Part shown: piece by piece, positions 51,436 to 60,870 of the stretch | Layout of the letters: the number at the start of each line of letters is the position of its first letter | Numbering within the stretch: position 1 is the first letter of the stretch | Source: an uncultured Bacilli bacterium | Lineage (GTDB): Bacteria; Bacillota_I; Bacilli_A; RF39; UBA660 | DNA: 64,000 bases | Assembly: GCA_934096735.1 (NCBI GenBank) | Contig: CAKOMS010000001.1 | Coordinates: forward strand, 29,948-93,947 | Direction of reading: 5' to 3' | Notes under the pieces: model-generated | Databases searched by the model: none | The model's input: only the letters and a program-made list of their open reading frames with translations | What the model was told of the DNA's origin: nothing | Program-made: the position numbers and the translations under genes

Positions 51436-52536
51436 ATGAGTTTAAAAGCTGGAATTGTTGGGCTTCCAAATGTAGGAAAGTCAACATTATTTAATGCAAT
51501 TACAAAAAAACAAATTTTGATAGCTAATTATCCTTTTGCTACTATTGAGCCAAATGTTGGGGTTGTTACAGTACCTGATGGAAGACTAGATTATTTATGT
51601 AATTTATATAATCCTAAAAGTGTTGTTCCTACTACATTTGAGTTCATTGATATAGCGGGACTTGTTAGTGGTGCTAGTAAAGGAGAGGGATTAGGTAATA
51701 AATTTTTATCTCATATAAGAGAAGTTGATGCTATTGTTGAAGTTATTAGATGTTTTGATAATCCTGGTATTACTCATGTAAGTGGTAGTACTGATCCTAT
51801 TAGAGATATGGAGATTATTAATACAGAGTTAATACTTGCTGATTTAGAAATTATTGAAAATAGACTTGATAAAATAGAAAAGAAGGCTGTAACTACAAAA
51901 GATAAAAATGCAATGGCTGAAGTAAATGTTTTAAGAAAGTGTTTAGATTCACTTAATAAAAATGTTCCTTTAAGATTGCTTAATTTTTCAGAAGATGAAT
52001 TTGAGTTACTTAAAAATTTTAGTTTTATTACCTTAAAACCGATTATTTATGTTGCAAATGTATCTGAAGATGATGTTGCTACTGGTGATAATAAGTATTC
52101 TCTAACCTTAAAAGAAAGAGCTAGCGAAGAACATGCTGGTGTAGTTGTAATGTGCGCTAAACTTGAAAGTGAATTAGCAAGCTTAAGTGATGAAGAAAAA
52201 ACTATGTTTTTACAAGAAATTGGTATTAGAAATAGTGGACTTGATAAATTAATATTTGCAACTTATGATTTATTGGGACTTGGAACATTCTTTACAAGTG
52301 GATCTGATGAGTGTAGAGCATGGACTTTTAAAAAAGGAATGAAGGCACCAGATTGTGCAGGAATTATTCATACAGATTTTAAAAAGGGATTTATAAAAGC
52401 TGAAGTTATGTCATTTAAAGATTTAGAAGAAGCTGGAAGTGAATTAAAAGTTAAAGAAAATGGTAAACTTAGACTTGAAGGAAAAGATTATATTATGCAA
52501 GATGGAGATATTTGTTATTTTAGGTTTAATGTTTAG
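51436..52536 (+). CDS. ychF: Ribosome-binding ATPase YchF (Obg-family GTPase)
   Basis: GLPNVGKSTLFNA G1, TGS-like C-terminus. Confidence 0.95.
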   Translation: MSLKAGIVGLPNVGKSTLFNAITKKQILIANYPFATIEPNVGVVTVPDGRLDYLCNLYNPKSVVPTTFEFIDIAGLVSGASKGEGLGNKFLSHIREVDAIVEVIRCFDNPGITHVSGSTDPIRDMEIINTELILADLEIIENRLDKIEKKAVTTKDKNAMAEVNVLRKCLDSLNKNVPLRLLNFSEDEFELLKNFSFITLKPIIYVANVSEDDVATGDNKYSLTLKERASEEHAGVVVMCAKLESELASLSDEEKTMFLQEIGIRNSGLDKLIFATYDLLGLGTFFTSGSDECRAWTFKKGMKAPDCAGIIHTDFKKGFIKAEVMSFKDLEEAGSELKVKENGKLRLEGKDYIMQDGDICYFRFNV

Positions 52537-52545
52537 AAGGTTTAT

Positions 52546-53484
52546 ATGAATAGTTATGAAGAATTAGTTGAAAGAATAAATGAAATTATAAATGAAGATC
52601 AAAATGTTTTTGAAAATGATGTGTCACTTAGAGGTGAATTTACTTTAATAAATCATTTTAGAATAAGAAATAGTCATGTTGATGAATTTAAAAGATTACT
52701 TGATATTGAATATATGTGGCATGATATGGTAACTAATAGAAGTGATTATTTTAATAAAAATAAAGAATTAATTATGATATGTCATGATATGATTAAAGCT
52801 CAAGATGATAGAATGGATTTATATACTGAGTTATATAATATACTTTCTAATACTGCTGGAAAAAGCATTACAGAATTAAGTTGTTTTTTAGGATATTATG
52901 TTAGTAATGATTTTTTAGATAAATTTAAAGAAATAACTTCAAGTTTGAAAGTTGGACCTTTTATTCGAATTAATAGTTTGGGTAGTGATGAAACTAAAAA
53001 TAGAGTTGATAAATTATTACAAGATAATAAGGAACAATATAAGAGAATTAAAAATAATTTAAATGTTAATAACAGAGAATGCGAATTTCAAGGAAATAAA
53101 TTTAAGACTATATTAGAGTTGGGTATATCTTCTAGTCTTACATTATCAATGGTTCAAGAGTTAAGAAGTGTTTATAATAAAGAAGATTTTGAAGAATTAA
53201 TTAATGAACTAGAAAAATGGCAATTATTTACTAGTGATGAACTTGATAGTTTAAAAGAATATAATTTAAAAGATACTGAAACAATTGATACATTAGATAA
53301 GTTAATATCGTTCTTTGCTACTAGGGAAGATTTAGATATTCAAGGATTAAAAGTATTAATTCCTACTATTGGGGAAGGAAATTATAATGAATTAATCGAT
53401 GGATTATTTAAGGTTGGTAAGATATCTTGGGAGGATTATAAAAGTATTCTTTTTGAACTTTTAGATGAAGATTTTAGTAGATAA
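52546..53484 (+). CDS. Hypothetical acidic cytoplasmic protein (no recognisable family)
   Basis: 312-aa ORF with RBS; lineage-specific. Confidence 0.45.
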   Translation: MNSYEELVERINEIINEDQNVFENDVSLRGEFTLINHFRIRNSHVDEFKRLLDIEYMWHDMVTNRSDYFNKNKELIMICHDMIKAQDDRMDLYTELYNILSNTAGKSITELSCFLGYYVSNDFLDKFKEITSSLKVGPFIRINSLGSDETKNRVDKLLQDNKEQYKRIKNNLNVNNRECEFQGNKFKTILELGISSSLTLSMVQELRSVYNKEDFEELINELEKWQLFTSDELDSLKEYNLKDTETIDTLDKLISFFATREDLDIQGLKVLIPTIGEGNYNELIDGLFKVGKISWEDYKSILFELLDEDFSR

Positions 53485-53497
53485 AAAAATCATAGAT

Positions 53498-54883
53498 TTA
53501 ATATTTTCTATGATTTTTCTTTTTGCTAAATAATTTTATGAGTAAAAGAATAATTATTCCAATTCCAACGATTAAATACGGCATATAATTATTATTTTTT
53601 ATTGTATCCTTTTTAATTGAGTTATCTTTTATTGTTGTAGTATTATCTTTTTCATCTTTTGGTTCTTCTTTAATTTGATCTTTATAATATGTGATGTTTT
53701 CAAGCATATCGTTTTTATTTCTGTCTTCTCCTACTAAAGATCTATATAATCCAAATTTTAATGGTGAATATGTTTTTATTTCAGTTGCTTTTTTATAATT
53801 ATTATTACTTCCATTTATCCATTTTGTAAACCATGTCCATTGTTGACTATGATGTTCTTTGTATCCTAATTTTGATACTTCGTATGCTGTAAGACCGTTA
53901 AAATAATCTAGATGTGTATCATAATCCATTGTTATTTCATTTTCTTTATATAAATGTAAGTATAATTTTGGAGTATCCCAAACTCCGTATTTTTCATAGG
54001 AAGATGGGTGTATATCTTTATTATTTGTTTGTTCAATTGCTTTTTTTAGTACATATGTATTTAAAATATGTTGACCATGTGAATATTCTCCTAACTCATC
54101 ATGTCCTACTACAACTTGTGGTTTAAATCTTCTAATCATTTCAATTTCAAAATTTAATGCATCTTCTTCAGATAAATTTGCTTTTTTTAAATTACTTAGT
54201 GCACCTTCTAGAGATTTTGAGTATGCATCTGGTACAATGCCTATTATAGGATAATTTCTTACTCCTACAACATATAATCCGTGTAATTGTTCATGTAATC
54301 TTTTAGGATTATCATAATGATTTGTAAAATACACTACTTGTACGTAGGCTTCTCTTGCTACATAAGTTGGAAGTAGCCCTAGAAAAAATAACTGTTCATC
54401 ATCGCTGTGTGTAGAAAATAAAAGTATATCCGCTTTTTCACATGGCTTATTCCATATTTCAACTACACTTGGTAATTCGCCTTTACTTAAAATGTAAATT
54501 TCTCCAATTTTAACGTCTTCTTTATATGATAATGTAATTTCTTTTGAGGGAGATATTTTTTCTTCAATGTTTATGTATTCGTGTAAAAAATTATTTTCTC
54601 CAATTATATTTGTTTTATTATCATTTTTTATTGTACCTTCTTTACTAGCCATTTCATAAATAATATATAGACCATATATATCTTCATTTGATGTTATTTT
54701 TATGCTGTCACTTGATTTTATTGTAATGTAGGTGTTTTCATTATTATCAGATATTTTTTCACTTATTTTGTTGCCATTTAAAGTAATTGATGATTCTTTT
54801 GTAATGTCTTTGCAGTTAACTTTTAGTGGTATTATAAGTAATAATGTTATTAAAATATAATAAGTTTTTTTCATATTTATCAC
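53498..54883 (-). CDS. Extracytoplasmic PIG-L/LmbE-family N-acetylglucosaminyl deacetylase with N-terminal signal peptide, extra N-domain and C-terminal TM anchor
   Basis: LmbE motif ILLFSTHSDDE plus downstream His residues; N-terminal signal (LLLIIPLKVNC); C-terminal Lys/Thr-rich linker plus TM (YLIVGIGIIILLLIKLF). Confidence 0.7.
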   Translation of the reverse strand: MINMKKTYYILITLLLIIPLKVNCKDITKESSITLNGNKISEKISDNNENTYITIKSSDSIKITSNEDIYGLYIIYEMASKEGTIKNDNKTNIIGENNFLHEYINIEEKISPSKEITLSYKEDVKIGEIYILSKGELPSVVEIWNKPCEKADILLFSTHSDDEQLFFLGLLPTYVAREAYVQVVYFTNHYDNPKRLHEQLHGLYVVGVRNYPIIGIVPDAYSKSLEGALSNLKKANLSEEDALNFEIEMIRRFKPQVVVGHDELGEYSHGQHILNTYVLKKAIEQTNNKDIHPSSYEKYGVWDTPKLYLHLYKENEITMDYDTHLDYFNGLTAYEVSKLGYKEHHSQQWTWFTKWINGSNNNYKKATEIKTYSPLKFGLYRSLVGEDRNKNDMLENITYYKDQIKEEPKDEKDNTTTIKDNSIKKDTIKNNNYMPYLIVGIGIIILLLIKLFSKKKNHRKY

Positions 54884-54940
54884 TCTTTCTAATATAGATT
54901 AAGTATATCAAAAAATAGTGAATTTGGCACTAGAAAATGA

Positions 54941-54969
54941 TTTACAATTAATATATTTTTTGATATACT
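54941..54969 (+). promoter_or_regulatory. rpsF operon promoter (TTTACA-17-TGaTATACT); 15-bp perfect inverted repeat GTATATCAAAAAATA(54903-54917)/TATTTTTTGATATAC(54954-54968) overlaps the -10
   Basis: Hexamers, extended -10, and inverted repeat read directly. Confidence 0.6.
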
Positions 54970-55035
54970 AATTTACGAGTAATTTATTACTCCTTGCTTC
55001 AAAAGAAGCCGGATAGACCATAAGGAGGTGTAAAA

Positions 55036-55326
55036 GTGACTAAATATGAAATAATGTTTATTGTTAAAGCAACTTTAGAAGAAAATGTTATTCAAAATAT
55101 CACTAAAGATGTACAAAAATTAATTAGTGATAATAAAGGAAAAGTTGTTGATTTCAAAGAAATGGGTAGAAAAAAACTTGCTTATCCAATAAACAAGGAA
55201 GTTAGTGGTTTTTATTATTTAATGAATGTTGAAGCTACTAAAGAAACTATTAGTGAATTTGATCGTAAACTTAGAATTAATGAAAATGTTATTAGACATT
55301 TAATTTTAAACAAAGAAAGTGAGTAA
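55036..55326 (+). CDS. rpsF: 30S ribosomal protein S6 (GTG start)
   Basis: Conserved sequence; RBS aaggagg. Confidence 0.95.
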   Translation: MTKYEIMFIVKATLEENVIQNITKDVQKLISDNKGKVVDFKEMGRKKLAYPINKEVSGFYYLMNVEATKETISEFDRKLRINENVIRHLILNKESE

Positions 55327-55329
55327 TAT

Positions 55330-55794
55330 ATGAATAAAGTAATATTAATTGGAAGATTAACTAGAGATCCAGAACTTAGAATGGCTGGAGGTTCTGCAGT
55401 ATGTAATTTTAGTATTGCTGCTGAAAGTAATTATACAAATAAAAATGGAGAAAGAGCTGTAGAGTTTATTAATTGTAGTGCTTGGGGAAGAACTGCTGAT
55501 AATATTTCTAAATATTGTACTAAAGGTTCTTTATTAAGCGTAGAAGGTAGAATTAGAAATAGTAGTTATACTGCTCAAGATGGTTCAAAAAGATATACTA
55601 CTGAAGTTGTTGCTGAAGAAGTTAGATTCTTAGGTTCTAGAAATGCTTCTAGTAGTAATGCATCATTTAATACTAATGACGTTCCTACTAATGATGAAAT
55701 GCCGTTGCCTACTGAAACTGCAGATTTATCTGAAGATCCATTTAAAAGTTTTTCCGATGAGATTACTTTAACTAGTGATGATTTACCATTCTAA
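55330..55794 (+). CDS. ssb: Single-stranded DNA-binding protein
   Basis: OB fold; acidic C-terminal tail DDLPF. Confidence 0.95.
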   Translation: MNKVILIGRLTRDPELRMAGGSAVCNFSIAAESNYTNKNGERAVEFINCSAWGRTADNISKYCTKGSLLSVEGRIRNSSYTAQDGSKRYTTEVVAEEVRFLGSRNASSSNASFNTNDVPTNDEMPLPTETADLSEDPFKSFSDEITLTSDDLPF

Positions 55795-55812
55795 TAAAAG
55801 GAGGAATAATAA

Positions 55813-56028
55813 ATGGCAGAATTTTATCGTAAGAAAAAGAAAATATGTCAAATGTGTGCTGGTAAAAGCGTTGATTATAAAGATGTAATGATTATTAATA
55901 AGTATATTAATGAAAAGGGTAAAATATTACCAAGAAGAGTTACTGGTGCTTGTGCTAAACATCAAAGACATATTGCTGAACAAATTAAATATTCAAGATT
56001 TATGGCTTTAATACCATATGTTAAATAG
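55813..56028 (+). CDS. rpsR: 30S ribosomal protein S18
   Basis: Conserved sequence. Confidence 0.95.
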   Translation: MAEFYRKKKKICQMCAGKSVDYKDVMIINKYINEKGKILPRRVTGACAKHQRHIAEQIKYSRFMALIPYVK

Positions 56029-56057
56029 AAATCCAAAATTTTTGGATTTTTTTTTGA
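56029..56057 (+). terminator. Rho-independent terminator after rpsR (aaatccaaaa/ttttggattt plus T-run)
   Basis: Perfect 10-bp stem plus T-run. Confidence 0.75.
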
Positions 56058-56114
56058 TATTTTAAGAGGAATTTTAATAGTAACTTATATATATATAATT
56101 GAGGAGTTAAAAAT

Positions 56115-56321
56115 ATGAATAAACAAATGCTTAATTATATTTATATAGAGATTGTTAAAAATAATAAGATTACTGAATCTGAACTTGCAAAGATGTTTAA
56201 TGTTACAGAGAGAACTATTAGAAGATATTTAAAAATATTAAAAGATAATAATATTATTTATTTGGAGGGCTATGGAAAAGAAAAGAAATGGGTTATACAT
56301 AATAAGTTAAATATGTTATAA
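56115..56321 (+). CDS. Small stand-alone HTH protein (DeoR/HTH_11-like N-domain only)
   Basis: ITESELAKMFNVTERTIRRYLKILKDNNII is a typical HTH. Confidence 0.55.
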   Translation: MNKQMLNYIYIEIVKNNKITESELAKMFNVTERTIRRYLKILKDNNIIYLEGYGKEKKWVIHNKLNML

Positions 56322-56345
56322 TAATTATACATTTAGGAGGTTGTT

Positions 56346-56786
56346 ATGAAAGTAATTTTACTAAAAGATGTTAAGGGAAAAGGTAAAAAAGATGATATAA
56401 TAGATGTTAGTGATGGTTATGGAAATAATTATTTAATCAAAAATAAATTGGGTATTTTATATACTAAAGGAAGTAAAAAAGTATTAGATAATGAACTTAA
56501 AATTAGAGAAGATAAAGAAAATGAACTTGTGAGTGAACTTTCTAAGATTAAAGATGCTTTAGAAAATAAAGAGATTGTTTTTAAGGTTAAAACTGGAGCT
56601 TCTGACAAAGTATTTGGAAATATTTCTAAATCACAAATTGTTGATGAAATTAAAAAAATGGGCTTTAATATAGATAAAAAATGTATTAAGACTGATGGAA
56701 ATATAGATACTTTAGGAGTACACAAAGTACTTATAAGTCTTCATAAGAAAGTAGAGTTTTTTATAAATGTAGTGTTAAATAAGTAG
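56346..56786 (+). CDS. rplI: 50S ribosomal protein L9
   Basis: MKVILLKDVKGKGKKDDIIDVSDGYGNNYLI. Confidence 0.95.
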   Translation: MKVILLKDVKGKGKKDDIIDVSDGYGNNYLIKNKLGILYTKGSKKVLDNELKIREDKENELVSELSKIKDALENKEIVFKVKTGASDKVFGNISKSQIVDEIKKMGFNIDKKCIKTDGNIDTLGVHKVLISLHKKVEFFINVVLNK

Positions 56787-56794
56787 GTGATAAT

Positions 56795-58162
56795 ATGGAT
56801 TTTAATGGTGTTAGTAATACAAGAGTAATGCCTAAAAATTTAGAAGCAGAAATGAGTGTTTTAGGAGTATGCTTTATAGATAATAATTTAGTAGATAATG
56901 TATGTGAAGAATTAAATAGAGATATGTTTTTTGATAAAAGAAATCAATATATATTTGATGCTATTGTAGAATTACATAATAATAATATACCTATTGATTC
57001 TAGTATGATTAGAGAGGAATTAGATAAAAAGAAAAAATTAAATGAAATTGGTGGTACTTCTTATATAGGAGAAGTTATTGATTCTGTAATTACTACTGCT
57101 AATTTATCTTTTTATATGAACATTTTAAAAGAATATTATACTAGAAGAAATTTAATTAATACTGCAACTGAAATTGTTACAAATGCTTATGAAGAAGAAA
57201 ATTTAACAACTCTATTAGATGATGCTGAAAAAAATATACTTAATATAGTAAGAGTGAGAACTGTTAAAGACTTTGTACCTATTCATGAGATTCTTAGAAA
57301 AGCTCAAGCTAAATTAGAAGAACTTGCTAAAACTAAAAAAATTATTACAGGACTTGAGACAGGATTTTTTGATTTTGATAAGATTACTACTGGATTTCAA
57401 CCTGGTGAACTCATAATTCTTGCTGCTAGACCTGGTATGGGTAAAACAGCGCTTGCACTTAATATGGCTACATATGCGGCAAGAACTACTGAAAAAGCAG
57501 TTGCTATTTTTAACCTAGAAATGCCTGCTGAACAATTAGTTAATAGAATAATTAGTGCTGAGGGTGGAATTGATTCATATAAATTACAAACTGGTTCTAT
57601 GCAAGATAGGGATTGGAAAAGATATAATGAAGCCATGAATGAACTTGCAGAAACTAATCTTTACCTAGAAGATAATTCTGGTGTAACTATTGCAGAAATT
57701 AGAGCTAAATGTAGAAGACTTGCAAATATGCCAAAGGGTCTTGGTCTTGTTGTTATTGATTATTTACAACTTGTTACAAGTGGAAATAAAAGAATAGAAT
57801 CTAGACAAGTAGAGGTATCTGAAATATCTAGAAGTTTAAAAACTATGGCTCTAGAACTTGGAGTCCCAGTTCTTGCATTATCACAACTTTCAAGAAGTGC
57901 TGAAAAAAGAGAAAGTAATATGCCAATGCTTGCAGATTTAAGAGAATCAGGTTCAATTGAACAAGATGCTGATATGGTACTTTTTATAAATAGAAAAGAT
58001 TATTATGAAGCAAGAAAAGATCAAAAAGAAAAAATAGTTCCTGCTGAACTTGTTATTGCAAAACATAGAAAAGGTAGTTTAGGTACAATACCTTTAATGT
58101 TTGAACTTAACATGGGAGCTTTTAGAAATGTATTAAATGAAAATAAGGAAGATAATGAATGA
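56795..58162 (+). CDS. dnaB: Replicative DNA helicase (DnaB family; DnaC in B. subtilis nomenclature)
   Basis: Walker A ARPGMGKTALALN, RecA-like fold; rplI-helicase synteny. Confidence 0.95.
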   Translation: MDFNGVSNTRVMPKNLEAEMSVLGVCFIDNNLVDNVCEELNRDMFFDKRNQYIFDAIVELHNNNIPIDSSMIREELDKKKKLNEIGGTSYIGEVIDSVITTANLSFYMNILKEYYTRRNLINTATEIVTNAYEEENLTTLLDDAEKNILNIVRVRTVKDFVPIHEILRKAQAKLEELAKTKKIITGLETGFFDFDKITTGFQPGELIILAARPGMGKTALALNMATYAARTTEKAVAIFNLEMPAEQLVNRIISAEGGIDSYKLQTGSMQDRDWKRYNEAMNELAETNLYLEDNSGVTIAEIRAKCRRLANMPKGLGLVVIDYLQLVTSGNKRIESRQVEVSEISRSLKTMALELGVPVLALSQLSRSAEKRESNMPMLADLRESGSIEQDADMVLFINRKDYYEARKDQKEKIVPAELVIAKHRKGSLGTIPLMFELNMGAFRNVLNENKEDNE

Positions 58163-59658
58163 AAAAAAAATATAAGATTATAACAGGAGTTTTGGTATTA
58201 ATTACATTTGTTTTATCTATTATATCTAGTTCATATAATTTATTAAAAGCTAATAAAGTTTATGAAGTATATTTAGATGGTGAATTAATTGGTAAAATAA
58301 CTGATAAGAATAGATTATATCAATTAATTGATGAGAAACAAGAAAATATAAAAAATAAGTATAATGTTAAAAATGTTTATCCACCTAATGGTCTTAAAAT
58401 AATTGAAAATTATGAATATGATAGTAATGTTTCTGATGTTAATACAATTTATAATAAAATAGAGTCAATGGAAAATTTTACTATAAAAGGATATGAAATT
58501 AAAATAGGAGCTATTGATAGTCATCCTGAATATGTTTTATATACTTTAGATAAAAATGTATTTTATGATGCTATGAAAAAATTTGTTTTAGCATTTGTAC
58601 CTGAGGAAGATTATAATAACTATTTAGAAGGTAATATAAAAGATTTAGAAGACGTTGGTTCAGTATATGATGATTTTAATTTTAAAGAAGAAATTACTAT
58701 TAGAGATAAGTATATAAGTGTAAATGATAAAATATATGAATCAAGTGAAGAAATGGCAAAGACTTTAATATTTGGATTTGATTATAATGAAAAAAGTTAT
58801 CGTGTTAAAGCTGGTGATACAGTAGAAAGTATTTCTGAAGATAATGAAATAAATACAAAGGAATTTTTGATTGCTAATAATAAGTATAATAGTAAAGATT
58901 CTTTACTTGTTATTGGAGATGAAGTTAAAATTGCTTATGTAACTCCTATTATTAATTTTGAATATAGAGTTCGTGAAATTAGAAAAGTTGAGTATGTTTA
59001 TGATACTGTTGGTGGTAAAGATGAATCAAAACCATATGGCGAAATCTTACTAGCTGGTGTTACTGGCCTTTCACTACAAACTTTAGAGTATACGGTTAAT
59101 AATGGTGAGCCTAATAGTGATACAAAAATTTTAAAAGATAATAAAATAAGAGAAACTGTTAATCAAGTGGTAAATAAATATAGGAAAGATACTTATTATA
59201 ATCCTACTGTTTATATTGGTGAATGGGGATGGCCTACAAGAACGCCTTATGTTATTTCAAGTAAGTTTGGATACCGTTCACTTGGTGGTGGTAAGTTACA
59301 TCAAGGATTAGATATTTCTGGAGCTTTATGGGGAACTGAAATTTATGCTGCTGGTGATGGAACTGTTGTTGCTATAAATACAAATTGTCCAAATAATGGA
59401 AGCTATCCAAATAGTTGTGGTGGTGGATATGGAAATTATGTTTATATTGAACATGATAGTAATATTTATACTGTTTATGCCCATGTTATGAATAATATTA
59501 AGGTTAATGTTGGTGATAAAATTACTAAAGGTCAAGTTATTGCTTATATGGGTAATAGTGGACAATCTACTGGAACACATTTACACTTTGGATATTCAAT
59601 TGGTTATCCTTCTAAAGGTGTTTATAAAAATCCATTAACATTGTATTCAAGGAGATAG
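58159..59658 (+). CDS. Membrane-anchored LysM plus M23 (LytM-type) metalloendopeptidase
   Basis: N-terminal TM; LysM (YRVKAGDTVESIS); M23 motifs HQGLDI...GNSGQSTGTHLHFG; Cys/Gly-rich insertion CPNNGSYPNSCGGGYGN. Confidence 0.8.
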   Translation: MKKKYKIITGVLVLITFVLSIISSSYNLLKANKVYEVYLDGELIGKITDKNRLYQLIDEKQENIKNKYNVKNVYPPNGLKIIENYEYDSNVSDVNTIYNKIESMENFTIKGYEIKIGAIDSHPEYVLYTLDKNVFYDAMKKFVLAFVPEEDYNNYLEGNIKDLEDVGSVYDDFNFKEEITIRDKYISVNDKIYESSEEMAKTLIFGFDYNEKSYRVKAGDTVESISEDNEINTKEFLIANNKYNSKDSLLVIGDEVKIAYVTPIINFEYRVREIRKVEYVYDTVGGKDESKPYGEILLAGVTGLSLQTLEYTVNNGEPNSDTKILKDNKIRETVNQVVNKYRKDTYYNPTVYIGEWGWPTRTPYVISSKFGYRSLGGGKLHQGLDISGALWGTEIYAAGDGTVVAINTNCPNNGSYPNSCGGGYGNYVYIEHDSNIYTVYAHVMNNIKVNVGDKITKGQVIAYMGNSGQSTGTHLHFGYSIGYPSKGVYKNPLTLYSRR

Positions 59659-59660
59659 TT

Positions 59661-60425
59661 ATGAAAGCATGTATTTTAGCGAGTGGTTCAAAAGGTAATT
59701 CAACTTATATTGAAACAGAAAATCATAGAATACTTTTAGATATGGGAAAAAATAAAAAATATATAGAAGAATCTTTAAAAAAGATTAATGTTGATCCAAA
59801 TAGTATTGATATTATTTTGATTAGTCATTTGCACACAGATCATACTAGTGCTCTTCTTTCTTTTATTAAAAAGAAAAATATTACTGTTTGTATGCCAGAA
59901 GAAATGTTTTTGGAAGTTCCTGATTTAAAAGATTATGATCATATTAAAATATATGATGATGAAATTGTTTTTGATGAGTTAAAAATTTATGCCATTAAAT
60001 CTAGTCATGATGCGGTTGCTTCTAGAAATTTTATATTTGAAGATGAAACTGGTTCACTTGTACAAATTACTGATACTGGATATATTAGGAGTAAATATTT
60101 TAATCTTTTAAAAAATCGTGATGTTTATTTTATAGAAAGTAATCATGATGTTGAAATGTTAACACATGGACCTTATCCTGATTGGTTACAAAAAAGGGTA
60201 CTAAGTGATGAAGGACACTTATCTAATATTTCTTGCGGATTTTATTTAGCTAAGTTAATTGGTCCTTCTACTAAAAAAGTATATTTAATGCATTTGAGTG
60301 AAGTTAATAATACTCCTGAAATTGCTTTAAAAACTGTATTTGATACTTTAGAAGAATATAGTGTGTCTTTTAATGATATAAAATGTGCAAAGCAAGATGA
60401 AATTAGTGAAGTGATTACTTTATGA
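59661..60425 (+). CDS. MBL-fold metallo-hydrolase (YycJ/WalJ-like)
   Basis: HLHTDH metal motif; precedes rlmH as in Bacillus (walJ...rlmH). Confidence 0.75.
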   Translation: MKACILASGSKGNSTYIETENHRILLDMGKNKKYIEESLKKINVDPNSIDIILISHLHTDHTSALLSFIKKKNITVCMPEEMFLEVPDLKDYDHIKIYDDEIVFDELKIYAIKSSHDAVASRNFIFEDETGSLVQITDTGYIRSKYFNLLKNRDVYFIESNHDVEMLTHGPYPDWLQKRVLSDEGHLSNISCGFYLAKLIGPSTKKVYLMHLSEVNNTPEIALKTVFDTLEEYSVSFNDIKCAKQDEISEVITL

Positions 60426-60859
60426 TAAAAATAGTATGCGTTGGAAAAATTAAAGAAAATTATTTAAATTTATTAATTGATGATTATAGTAAGAGAATTA
60501 ATAAATATCATAAATTGGAGATTATTCAAGTTAAAGATAATGATAATATTCAATTAGAGACTAAAGAAATATTAAAACATATTGATTCAAAAGATTATAA
60601 TATTGCTTTGTCTATTGATGGAAAAAATTATGATAGTAGAGAGTTTTCTAATCATTTTGAAAAATTATTCATAACAAATAGTGTTATAACTTTTATAATT
60701 GGTGGATCAAATGGACTTGAAGATGAAGTTTATAAATTATGTAATGAGAAAATTAGTTTTTCAAAATTTACTTTTCCACATGGATTATTTAGAGGAATTT
60801 TATTAGAACAAATTTACAGAGCATTTAAAATTATGAATAATGAATCTTATCATAAATAA
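60422..60859 (+). CDS. rlmH: 23S rRNA (pseudouridine1915-N3)-methyltransferase RlmH
   Basis: SPOUT fold, MIKIVCVGKIKENY N-terminus, 145 aa. Confidence 0.88.
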   Translation: MIKIVCVGKIKENYLNLLIDDYSKRINKYHKLEIIQVKDNDNIQLETKEILKHIDSKDYNIALSIDGKNYDSREFSNHFEKLFITNSVITFIIGGSNGLEDEVYKLCNEKISFSKFTFPHGLFRGILLEQIYRAFKIMNNESYHK

Positions 60860-60870
60860 AGGGTGATTGA

